Assembly: GCF_000023965.1 (NCBI RefSeq)
Contig: NC_013202.1
Coordinates: 2,190,001-2,222,000, forward strand
Length of the DNA stretch: 32,000 bases
DNA from: Halomicrobium mukohataei DSM 12286
Lineage (GTDB): Archaea; Halobacteriota; Halobacteria; Halobacteriales; Haloarculaceae
Direction: 5' to 3'
The notes under the pieces are model-generated. The model did not search any database. It saw only the letters and a list, made by a program, of their open reading frames with translations, and had not been told where the DNA came from. The position numbers were made by a program, and so were the translations under genes. This document shows, one piece after another, positions 22,107 to 29,882 of this stretch (the first letter of the stretch is position 1; the number at the start of each line of letters is the position of its first letter).

Positions 22107-23170
22107 ACACGCTACTGGTCACCTCGACGAACGACGGCATCGGCAAGACGGCGATCACCCTCGCGCTCGCTCGGCGCGCACAGCGGGCGGGCTACGACGT
22201 GGGGTACATGAAACCGAAAGGCACGCGGCTCCAGAGCGCGGTCGGCAAGACCCGCGACGAGGACCCGATGCTCGCGCGCGAACTGCTCGATCTCGACGCG
22301 GAGATGCACGAGATGGAGCCGATCGTCTACTCCCCGACGTTCATTCAGGAGGCGATCCGCGGGCGCGAAGATCCCGACGAGCTGCGCGAGCGGGTCGTCG
22401 ACAGCTTCGAGGACCTGGCCGAGGACAAAGACCTGATGATCGTCGAGGGGAGCGGCGACCTCTCGACGGGGAGCATCGTCGACCTCGACGACGTGGACAT
22501 CGCCGAGGCCCTCGACGCCCGCATGTTGCTGGTCACGGGGTACGACTCCGTGGCGACGACCGACGCGGTGCTCGGCAGCGCACAGACGGCCGGCGACCGG
22601 CTGGAAGGCGTTGTCTTCAACGGCGTCGCCGACGCCAAGATGGACGAGCTCAACGACGACGTGATCCCGTTCCTCGACGGGCGGGACGTGCCGGTGTTCG
22701 GCGCGCTCCCGACGGTCCCGGAGCTGGCCGGCGTCACGGTCGAGGAACTCGCCCGGAGCCTGGGCTGTAACGTCCTGACGCCGGATATCGGTCTCGACAG
22801 ACACGTCGAGCGGTTCACGGTCGGGGCGATGGGCGGCAGCAGCGCGCTCGACCAGTTCCGGCGGACACGAGACGCGGTCATGATCACCGGCGGCGACCGC
22901 TCGGAGGTCCAGACGGCCGCGCTGGAAGCGGCGGGCATCAAGGCGCTGTTGCTGACCGGGGGCTTCCGACCGGCCAGTGCCGTCCTCGGTCGCGCACAGG
23001 AAGAGGGCGTCCCGATCTTGCTCGTCCAGTCGGACACCCGGACGACGATCGATCGCGTCGAGGACGTTCTCCACGCCGGCCGCACCCGAACCGGAGACAC
23101 CGTCGATCGGATGGGCGAACTCCTCGCCGAAGGCGTCGACGTGGAACGGCTGCTCTCGGTCGATCTCTGA
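22103..23170 (+). CDS. phosphotransacetylase N-terminal-like protein (BioD-like P-loop domain plus DRTGG domain, with no PTA_PTB catalytic domain)
   Basis: MNTLLVTSTNDGIGKTAITLAL (dethiobiotin-synthetase-like P-loop) ... VMITGGDRSEV (DRTGG motif region). Its 355 aa correspond only to the regulatory N-terminal half of bacterial Pta. The ATG overlaps the acd stop (ATGA at 22103-22106). Confidence 0.85.
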   Translation: MNTLLVTSTNDGIGKTAITLALARRAQRAGYDVGYMKPKGTRLQSAVGKTRDEDPMLARELLDLDAEMHEMEPIVYSPTFIQEAIRGREDPDELRERVVDSFEDLAEDKDLMIVEGSGDLSTGSIVDLDDVDIAEALDARMLLVTGYDSVATTDAVLGSAQTAGDRLEGVVFNGVADAKMDELNDDVIPFLDGRDVPVFGALPTVPELAGVTVEELARSLGCNVLTPDIGLDRHVERFTVGAMGGSSALDQFRRTRDAVMITGGDRSEVQTAALEAAGIKALLLTGGFRPASAVLGRAQEEGVPILLVQSDTRTTIDRVEDVLHAGRTRTGDTVDRMGELLAEGVDVERLLSVDL

Positions 23171-23223
23171 TCTACCGCTCTCCTTTACCGACCGCGGGTC
23201 AGCGGTACGCAAGCCAGCGGTCT

Positions 23224-23306
23224 CATACGGTTTATTGTAGTTGCTTACCGGTGATCGTCGCCACGGAGTAGACGATCACCGGTAAATCGCTACAATAATC
23301 CGTATC
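23224..23306. repeat. long imperfect palindromic element, copy B (CATACGGTTTATTGTAG-TTGC-TTACCGGTGATCGTC-loop-GACGATCACCGGTAA-ATCG-CTACAATAATCCGTATC)
   Basis: Read directly. It lies between convergent genes (DRTGG gene end 23170, bioD end 23305). It shares the arms and 4-nt asymmetric internal loop of copy A, but has a longer apical stem. Confidence 0.7.
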
Positions 23307-23979
23307 AGTCGCCGCTCCGTTCGACGCCGCGAAATCGCTCGGGGAGCGCCGACGCCACGGCGTCGACGAGCGCCTCGCCGTCCGCCACGTCGACCGGCGG
23401 CAGCGTCGCCACCGGCACGTCGTTGGCCGTCTCGATCTCGCGCGGATTCGTCCGCTCGGCGACGGTCGCGCCCTCGTACTCGTTCAGGACGACGCCTCGA
23501 ACGGAGACTCCCCGACGACGTAGCGCCTCGACGGTCAGAGCCGTGTGATTCAGCGTCCCTAACCCGGAGCGGGCGACGACCAGCGTCGGCAGGTCGAGGT
23601 CGGCGACGAGATCGACGACCTCGTGGGTCGCCGTCAGCGGGACCCGGAGTCCGCCGATCCCCTCGACGACGGTCGCCTCGCTGTCCTCGACGGCTGCGCG
23701 ACAGCCGGACAGCAGACGGTCGTAGGAGAGTTCGACGCCCGTCTCGCGGGCCGCAACGGCGGGGGCTAGCGCCGGGCCGAGCCGTTCCAGACAGGTCGCG
23801 GCCGCCTCGTCGCCACAGACGCGCTCGACGAAGCGCGCGTCGTCGTCCTCGGGAACACCGGTCTGGCAGGGCTTGACCGCGGTCGCGTCGATCCCGTCAC
23901 GGTGCAGCCAGCCCGTGATGCCGGCCGTGAGGACCGTCTTGCCGACGCCGGTGTCCGTGCCGACCACGAACAGGCTCAC
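23305..23979 (-). CDS. bioD: dethiobiotin synthase
   Basis: SLFVVGTDTGVGKTV P-loop, KP.QTG, and EG.GG..VP. The GTG start overlaps the bioF stop (GTGA at 23976-23979). The 413-aa track ORF is an out-of-frame run through bioF. Confidence 0.85.
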   Translation of the reverse strand: MSLFVVGTDTGVGKTVLTAGITGWLHRDGIDATAVKPCQTGVPEDDDARFVERVCGDEAAATCLERLGPALAPAVAARETGVELSYDRLLSGCRAAVEDSEATVVEGIGGLRVPLTATHEVVDLVADLDLPTLVVARSGLGTLNHTALTVEALRRRGVSVRGVVLNEYEGATVAERTNPREIETANDVPVATLPPVDVADGEALVDAVASALPERFRGVERSGD

Positions 23980-25175
23980 AACAGCCCACACTCCGTTCCG
24001 GCACGCTCGAAGGCGTCGAGACAGCGGTCGATCGCCGCCTCGTCGTGGGTCGCCATCGGCGCGATTCGGAGCCGCGACCGGCCGGCTGGGACGGTCGGCG
24101 GCCTGATCGCCGGTGCGACGATGCCCCGGTCGCGGACGGCCGTCGCGAGTGCCATCGCGTCGTCTCGGTGCCCGACCACCACCGGGAGGATGTGCGTGTC
24201 GCCAAGCACCTCGAACCCGGCGGCTTCGAGACCGTCCCGGAGCCGCTCGACGTTCTCCCAGAGCCGCTCCCGTCGAGTTCCCTCGCGTGCGATCCGGAGC
24301 GCCTCGCGTGCCGCTCCGGCAGCCGGCGGTGCGAGTCCGGTCGAGAAGACGAACGTCCGGGCCTCGTTGAGCAGGAACTCGATCAGCGTCTCCGCACCGG
24401 CGACGTACCCGCCCTGTGCGGCCAGCGCCTTCGAGAGGGTCCCGAGCTGTACGTCGATCCGGTCGCTCACGCCCTGTGCCTGGACGACACCGCCACCGTC
24501 GGCACCGACGACACCGGTCGCGTGGGCTTCGTCGACCATCACCCACGCGCCGTGGCGCTCGGCCGCGTCACAGATGTCGGACAGCGGCGCGCGGTCGCCG
24601 TCCATCGAGAACACGCTGTCGGTGAGGACGAGCCACGACTCGCTGTCGGCGTCGCCGCTTCGGGCGTCCATCCGCCGCGCGAGATCCGCGGGGTCACAGT
24701 GGTCGTAGACCACCGTCTCGTCGGCCCCGATCCGACAGCCGTCGACGATGCTGGCGTGGTTCAGTTCGTCGGAAAACACCACGTCCGGATCGAGCGCGTC
24801 GATCACACCGACGTTTGCAGCGTAGCCAGACGAAAACACGAGCGCGCGCTCCGTTCCCTTGCTGTCTGCGAGGTCGCGTTCCAGGGCTCGATGGAGCGTC
24901 GTATCCCCCGTGACGAGCCGGGACGCGCCGGCACCGGTGCCGATCGACCGTGCCGCGGTCTCGGCCGCTCGCTGGACCCGTCCGTCGTCGGCCAGTCCGA
25001 GGTAGTTGTTCGCGGCGAAGACCAGCTCCGGCTCGCCGAAGTCGGCGGTTCCACCGCCCGGATCGTCGGCCAACCGGGTCCGGCCGGCGACCGATTCAGC
25101 CGGGTTCAGGTGGCGTCGCAGGCCGCGCTCCTCGCGCTGTTCGAGCCGTCTCCCGAGCGAAAAGCCGTGTGTCAT
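23976..25175 (-). CDS. bioF: 8-amino-7-oxononanoate synthase
   Basis: Alpha-oxoamine synthase motifs: NNYLGL, GAGASRLVTG, SGYAAN, DELNHASI, TDSVFSMDGD, VDEAHATG and the PLP lysine in GTLSKAL. Confidence 0.9.
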   Translation of the reverse strand: MTHGFSLGRRLEQREERGLRRHLNPAESVAGRTRLADDPGGGTADFGEPELVFAANNYLGLADDGRVQRAAETAARSIGTGAGASRLVTGDTTLHRALERDLADSKGTERALVFSSGYAANVGVIDALDPDVVFSDELNHASIVDGCRIGADETVVYDHCDPADLARRMDARSGDADSESWLVLTDSVFSMDGDRAPLSDICDAAERHGAWVMVDEAHATGVVGADGGGVVQAQGVSDRIDVQLGTLSKALAAQGGYVAGAETLIEFLLNEARTFVFSTGLAPPAAGAAREALRIAREGTRRERLWENVERLRDGLEAAGFEVLGDTHILPVVVGHRDDAMALATAVRDRGIVAPAIRPPTVPAGRSRLRIAPMATHDEAAIDRCLDAFERAGTECGLL

Positions 25176-26239
25176 CAGAACGTCGGCATCAGTTCTGCCG
25201 GCCCGTAGACGCCGTAATCTCCCGCACGATTTCGCAACACGGCGGCCTTCAGGTAGCCGATAGCGGGGCCGTTGACGTTGGCTTCCATGCTCGTCGCGTC
25301 GTCGAGCTGGAAGGTGTTGGTCCCCGTCTCGCCGTCGAAGGTCCTGCCGGTCACGCTGACGGTCGTCGTCGTCGGCTTCTCGTCCTGACGCACGTCGAGA
25401 ATCCCGCCGACGGTCACGTCCTCGGCGTCACAGACGCCGGCCCGCTCCAGCAACACGTCGTCGGCGTGTTCCATGTCGTCGAACTCCAGGCGACCGTCGT
25501 GCTCGTCGATCAGCGCCTCGATCTCCGCCTCGCTCATCTCGCGGGCCGACTCGATGTCGTAGCCGTCGAGGTGGGCGATGTCCTCCCGGACAGTGCCGCG
25601 GTTGTCCTCGTAGCCCGACTTCAGGCCGACGCCCCACCAGATATCGACGGACTCGATCTCGACGAACGACTGGGCGGCAAGCGCCGCCGCCCCGGTGAGC
25701 AGCCCCGGCGTCGCACCGGCTCCACAGACGAACGTGATGCCGGCGTCGACGAGCCGTTGCTCGCGGTCTTCCAGCATCCCGATCACGCGCGAGCGTTTGA
25801 GCACGTCGATCAGGACGGCCTCGTAGTCGGCGTCTGCGAACCGCTGGGCGACCCGGGGGATGAAGTCGTGCTCCAGGTTGGGCAGTGCCATCAGGACCGC
25901 GTCGATCTCGTCGGCCTCGGCGATCACGTCGTCGATCGGCGTCTCGGTCTCCCGGCCCTGGTCGCTGGCGACGATCCCCGCCTGCTCGCCGTGCTGTTTG
26001 ACGCCGCCGGCCGCCGCCCCGCCGTCTGGGGCCACGTCTCGCTCGTCTGACGGCCCGCTCGCGATGTTGCCCTCAGTGGCGTCGAGCAGTTCGTCCACGT
26101 CGAGCCCGTCGTGGTCGATCGCGACCCCGTTGCGATCACACGCCGCGACGGGCGTGAGGCCGTCTCTGTGGGTCGCGACTTCGAGCGTTCGTCTGCCGAT
26201 ACCACCCGTTCCGAGTACTGCGAATCGAATGTCGTCCAT
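25175..26239 (-). CDS. Rossmann-fold saccharopine-dehydrogenase-like protein in the bioA position (candidate BioU-type KAPA to DAPA enzyme)
   Basis: MDDIRFAVLGTGGIGRR dinucleotide-binding start, 354 aa. There is a 4-nt gap after bioB and a 1-nt start/stop overlap with bioF. It is not a class III aminotransferase. ATG 26239 was chosen over the basic 57-aa track extension. Confidence 0.6.
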   Translation of the reverse strand: MDDIRFAVLGTGGIGRRTLEVATHRDGLTPVAACDRNGVAIDHDGLDVDELLDATEGNIASGPSDERDVAPDGGAAAGGVKQHGEQAGIVASDQGRETETPIDDVIAEADEIDAVLMALPNLEHDFIPRVAQRFADADYEAVLIDVLKRSRVIGMLEDREQRLVDAGITFVCGAGATPGLLTGAAALAAQSFVEIESVDIWWGVGLKSGYEDNRGTVREDIAHLDGYDIESAREMSEAEIEALIDEHDGRLEFDDMEHADDVLLERAGVCDAEDVTVGGILDVRQDEKPTTTTVSVTGRTFDGETGTNTFQLDDATSMEANVNGPAIGYLKAAVLRNRAGDYGVYGPAELMPTF

Positions 26240-26243
26240 GGTG

Positions 26244-27371
26244 TCAGTCTCCGGATTCCGCTTCGCTGGTCGCCGTCCCCGCCGCCGTCTCGACGACGCC
26301 GTCGGGATCGGCAGCGTCGTTGCCGCGCTCCTTGACCGCCGCCGGGTCGAACTCGTTTTCGGCCATGTTCGGCTCCAGTCCCGCCCGCTCGACGGTCTCG
26401 ATGTCGTCACCGGGCGACTGGCCGTCCGTCGTCAGATAGTCGCCGGTGAGCATCCCGTCAGCTCCCGCCTCGAACGGGAGATGCTGTTCGTCTTCGTCGA
26501 GGTTGACCTCCCGGCCGCCGGTGAGTCGGACCCGTGCCTCGGGGTGGAGGAATCGGTACACTGCGATCGTCTCGACGATTGCCTCGGTCGTGATGTCGGC
26601 CGTCCCGTTCAGCTTCTCCGAGAGAGGCGTCCCGGCGACCGGATTGAGGATGTTGACCGGGAGCGAGGAGACGCCGATGTCCTGGAGGGCGACCGCCGCG
26701 TCGACGCGATCCGCCGGGGACTCGCCCATTCCCAGAATCACGCCGGCACAGAGGTCCATACCCGCCTCCTTGGCGACTTCCAGGGTCGCCACGCGGTCCT
26801 CGAAGCTGTGGGAGTCGACGATCTCGGGGAAGAAACGCGGCGAGGTCTCGATGTTGTGATTGTAGTGGTTGAGTCCCTCCTCGGCCAGGATGGCCGCTTC
26901 CTCCTCCGTGAGGATGCCGAGACTCGCGTCGACCTCCACGGCCGTCTCGTCGCGGACCAGCCTGATCGCTCGCAGGACTTCCTGCCACTCCTCGGGGCGG
27001 TGCTCTTTCGAGACGCCCTTCTCGGCGACGACGATCCCGAAGCGCTGGGCACCGTCGCGTTCGGCGCGCTTGGCCGCGGCGAGGATCTCCTCGGGATCGA
27101 GGAAGCCGTAGTTTTCGATCCCGGTGTCGAAGTGGACCGACTGGGCACAGAAGCCACAGTCCTCGGCGCAGTTGCCGGCCTTCGCGTTCACGATCGAGCA
27201 GGCGTCGACGGTCCCGTCACCGAACTGTGACCGGACGTAGTCGGCCCCCGCTGCGAGTTCGCCGACGGGCTGGGCCAGCAGCGCGAGCCCGTCGCGGCGA
27301 TCCAACTGTTCGCCGTCGATCACGCGGGCGACAGCGTCGTCGATCGTTCGGTTACCTGTCTCGTAAACCAC
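26244..27371 (-). CDS. bioB: biotin synthase (radical SAM)
   Basis: CAEDCGFCAQS (CxxxCxxC) cluster motif, then YNHN.ET and GMGES. It has an acidic C-terminal extension. The start is GTG at 27371, directly after an in-frame stop, with a palindromic TATA region at -21..-35. Confidence 0.85.
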   Translation of the reverse strand: MVYETGNRTIDDAVARVIDGEQLDRRDGLALLAQPVGELAAGADYVRSQFGDGTVDACSIVNAKAGNCAEDCGFCAQSVHFDTGIENYGFLDPEEILAAAKRAERDGAQRFGIVVAEKGVSKEHRPEEWQEVLRAIRLVRDETAVEVDASLGILTEEEAAILAEEGLNHYNHNIETSPRFFPEIVDSHSFEDRVATLEVAKEAGMDLCAGVILGMGESPADRVDAAVALQDIGVSSLPVNILNPVAGTPLSEKLNGTADITTEAIVETIAVYRFLHPEARVRLTGGREVNLDEDEQHLPFEAGADGMLTGDYLTTDGQSPGDDIETVERAGLEPNMAENEFDPAAVKERGNDAADPDGVVETAAGTATSEAESGD

Positions 27372-27391
27372 ATGCTAGGTGGCAGTTGACG

Positions 27392-27406
27392 GAACCTTAT
27401 AGGTTC
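27392..27406 (-). promoter_or_regulatory. bioB promoter: palindrome GAACCT-TAT-AGGTTC containing the TATA element
   Basis: The minus strand reads CGAACCTATAAGGTTC at -21..-35 from the GTG start. It has the BRE-like CGAA followed by CTATAAGG. Confidence 0.5.
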
Positions 27407-27504
27407 GGGTCGCGGGGAGCGACCGTCGTTCCGGGCGATCGATCGCGGATCACCGCCGAGAGCGTCGTCCACTCGCCGCAGTGTCGGACGGACTGTGAGA
27501 GATC

Positions 27505-27527
27505 CGGAAAAGACCGACAACTTTCCG
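27505..27527 (-). terminator. short hairpin immediately after the thiC stop
   Basis: The minus strand reads TGA-TACGGAAAG-TTGTCGGT-CTTTTCCGGA: a 7-bp stem with one bulged A, including a T4 run. Confidence 0.4.
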
Positions 27528-27529
27528 TA

Positions 27530-28957
27530 TCAGTCGTCGTCGCCGACGACTGTCGGTCGCCCCTCGTGGTGGTGCAACTCGGCGTCGCTGTCGTGGGTGC
27601 CGACGGGCGGTCGGTTCACCGACGCGGCGGCCGATCCTTCGAGGTCGGTCTCGTCGGCGATCGACGCCATCTCGTCGCCCTCCCGCGCGTCCTGATCGAT
27701 CCGCATCGAGCAGAACTCGACGCCACACATCGAACAGAAGCGGGCGTCCTTGTAGTTGTCACCCGGCAGCGTCTTGTCGTGGTAGGCCTTCGCGCGCTCG
27801 GGGTCGAGCGCGAGCTCGAATTGCTCCGACCAGTCGAAGGCGTAGCGGGCCTCCGAGAGGGCGTCGTCCCAGTCGCTGGCCCCCTCGCGCCCGTTGGCAA
27901 CGTCGGCGGCGTGTGCGGCGATCCGGTAGGCCGCGAGCCCTTCGCGCACGTCCTCTCGTTCTGGCAGGCCGAGGTGCTCTTTGGGCGTGACGTAACACAG
28001 CATCGCCGCGCCCGCGCGTCCGGCCTCGGTCGCGCCGATCGCGCTGGTGATGTGGTCGTAGCCGGGCGCGATGTCGGTCACCAGCGGGCCGAGGACGTAG
28101 AACGGCGCGCCGTCACAGACCTCCTGCTGGCGCTCGACGTTGTCCGCGACCTCGTCCATGGGCACGTGGCCCGGTCCCTCGACCATCACCTGGACGCCCT
28201 CGTCCCACGCTTTTCGGGTCAGTTCACCCAGGGTGTCCAGCTCTGCGAACTGCGCCTCGTCGCTCGCGTCTGCGATACAGCCGGGCCGCAGGCCGTCGCC
28301 GAGACTGAAGGTCACGTCGTGTTCACGGAAGATCTCGCAGATCTCCTCGTATTTCGTGTAGAGGGGGTTCTGCATCCCGTTTTCCTCCATCCACTTGGCC
28401 ATGATCGATCCGCCGCGAGAGACGATCCCGGTCTTGCGGCCGTCGGTCAGCGGGAGGTGTTCCATCAGCACGCCCGCGTGGATCGTCATGTAGTCGACGC
28501 CCTGCTCGGCCTGTTTCTCGATCACGTCCAGCAGGAGTTCGTGGGTGATCTCCTCGGGGCTGCCCGCTCGCTTGACGGCCTCGTAGATCGGGACCGTCCC
28601 GACGGGAACCGGCGAATGCTCGACGTTTGCCTCGCGGATCTCGTCTAAGTTCGCGCCCGTCGAGAGGTCCATCACCGTGTCCGCGCCGTAGTGGACCGCG
28701 GTGTGGAGCTTCTCCAGTTCGCCGTCGAGGTCGCTCGTCTCCTCGCTGTTGCCGATGTTGGCGTTGACCTTCGTCGAGAACTCCCGGCCGATGATCATCG
28801 GGTCGAGCGTCTCGTGGCCGACGTTCGCCGGGATCACTGCCTGTCCGTCCGCGACCTGCTCGCGGACGAACTCGGCGTCGACGGTCTCGCGCTCTGCGAT
28901 CCGTTCCATCGCCGACGTGATCTCTCCGTCTCGTGCACGCTGGAGCTGGGTCGTCAT
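27530..28957 (-). CDS. thiC: phosphomethylpyrimidine synthase
   Basis: Highly characteristic ThiC sequence ([70 protein letters not shown]). Confidence 0.95.
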   Translation of the reverse strand: MTTQLQRARDGEITSAMERIAERETVDAEFVREQVADGQAVIPANVGHETLDPMIIGREFSTKVNANIGNSEETSDLDGELEKLHTAVHYGADTVMDLSTGANLDEIREANVEHSPVPVGTVPIYEAVKRAGSPEEITHELLLDVIEKQAEQGVDYMTIHAGVLMEHLPLTDGRKTGIVSRGGSIMAKWMEENGMQNPLYTKYEEICEIFREHDVTFSLGDGLRPGCIADASDEAQFAELDTLGELTRKAWDEGVQVMVEGPGHVPMDEVADNVERQQEVCDGAPFYVLGPLVTDIAPGYDHITSAIGATEAGRAGAAMLCYVTPKEHLGLPEREDVREGLAAYRIAAHAADVANGREGASDWDDALSEARYAFDWSEQFELALDPERAKAYHDKTLPGDNYKDARFCSMCGVEFCSMRIDQDAREGDEMASIADETDLEGSAAASVNRPPVGTHDSDAELHHHEGRPTVVGDDD

Positions 28958-28964
28958 AGATAAG

Positions 28965-28990
28965 CTAGTTATATCACTAGATTATAAAAG
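28965..28990 (-). promoter_or_regulatory. thiC promoter: TATA (CTTTTATAAT, 28981-28990) plus the palindrome CTAGT-N6-ACTAG (28965-28980) between TATA and ATG
   Basis: Read directly. The TATA lies at -24..-33 and the palindrome at -8..-23 relative to ATG 28957. Confidence 0.5.
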
Positions 28991-28997
28991 TTCCCAG

Positions 28998-29028
28998 TCT
29001 CGTCAGTAGGGCCGTCGCCCCGACGAGA
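28998..29028 (-). terminator. hairpin after the 263-aa hypothetical gene (TCTCGTC ... GACGAGA with inner GGGC/GCCC)
   Basis: 7-bp outer inverted repeat plus a 4-bp inner stem, 18 nt past the stop at 29046. It is followed on the minus strand by the TTTT of the thiC TATA region. Confidence 0.4.
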
Positions 29029-29045
29029 ACGAACGCTGGCCGCCG

Positions 29046-29837
29046 TCAACGGTCGCCCGGCCGACCGACTCGTTCGACGAACTCCTCGCCGTCCAGTTCG
29101 CTCACCAGTGCGGGCTTTCGAGTCATGTAGTCGGACCCCTCCGAGACGGCGAAGCGCTCGGCCACGGCCGAGTCGAGGTAGTATCCGCCGGAGCCGTCCG
29201 GGCGGTCGCGGTACTCGCTCAGCCGAATCGGATCGCGCTCGAAGAGCCCACCGGGAGTCCGGCCGTCGAGCAACACGAGCCGCTTGTCGTCGTAGAAGGG
29301 GACGCCCTCGACGGCGCGCTTCGCGTGGGCGTTCTCGGAGTGGCGCGCGAGCTTCTCACGCTTCAGTTCGGTCGGATCGCCCGGTTCGATCACGGTACGC
29401 CCCTCGACGGTGAAGTAGCCGACGAGATAGCGGTGCTTGCGTTCCGACCGCTCCTCGACCAGCGAGGTGTAGAACGCCACCACGTCGCCCTCGCCGAGGC
29501 CCGAGAGCCGCGAGACGTACTGCCCGAACCCCTCGCGGTGCTCGCCGTAGGTCATCGCCTCGAAGTTGGGGTCGCGGTGCAGCGGCCAGTCCGCGACGGC
29601 CTCGTCGCGAACCGTCTCGGCGCTCCCGTCCTCCGGGTAGGTGTCGAGGCGGTCGGTCAGCTCCGCGGCGACCCGGCCGTCGTAGCGCAGCGCCCAGCTA
29701 CCGTAGGTCTCTGGCTCGTCGGTGTCGGGCGTCTTCTCCGGAATCGGGACGTATTCGAAGCGGCCGTCCGGGTACAGCGGCGCGTGGGCGTTGACGTTGC
29801 TGTCGTCGGCTCCGACACCGGCAAAGACGACTGTCAT
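29046..29837 (-). CDS. hypothetical protein (263 aa), no family recognised
   Basis: Acidic ORF MTVVFAGVGADDSNVNAHAPLYPDGRFEYVPIPE...VVAFYTSLVEERSERKHRYLVGYFTVEG...RHSENAHAKRA... ATG 29837 was chosen because the track start at 29864 is a TTG. It lies 45 nt downstream of the KaiC-like gene on the same strand. Confidence 0.6.
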   Translation of the reverse strand: MTVVFAGVGADDSNVNAHAPLYPDGRFEYVPIPEKTPDTDEPETYGSWALRYDGRVAAELTDRLDTYPEDGSAETVRDEAVADWPLHRDPNFEAMTYGEHREGFGQYVSRLSGLGEGDVVAFYTSLVEERSERKHRYLVGYFTVEGRTVIEPGDPTELKREKLARHSENAHAKRAVEGVPFYDDKRLVLLDGRTPGGLFERDPIRLSEYRDRPDGSGGYYLDSAVAERFAVSEGSDYMTRKPALVSELDGEEFVERVGRPGDR

Positions 29838-29882
29838 CGTCGACACTGGGCGGCGGGTCGGCAAATGAACTCCGGTGGCCGG

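Noticed and set aside
27435-27446. Perfect 12-bp palindrome GCGATCGATCGC in the thiC-bioB spacer.
   Set aside because: GATC/CGATCG-based palindromes are frequent in this GC-rich sequence, with many CGATCG occurrences in coding regions. It lies 64-75 nt upstream of the bioB start, away from the core promoter. There is no second copy to support a motif.
28958-29045. TPP riboswitch upstream of thiC.
   Set aside because: Only about 25 nt separate the TATA box from the ATG, and no conserved riboswitch core (CUGAGA and pairing partners) is present on the coding strand.
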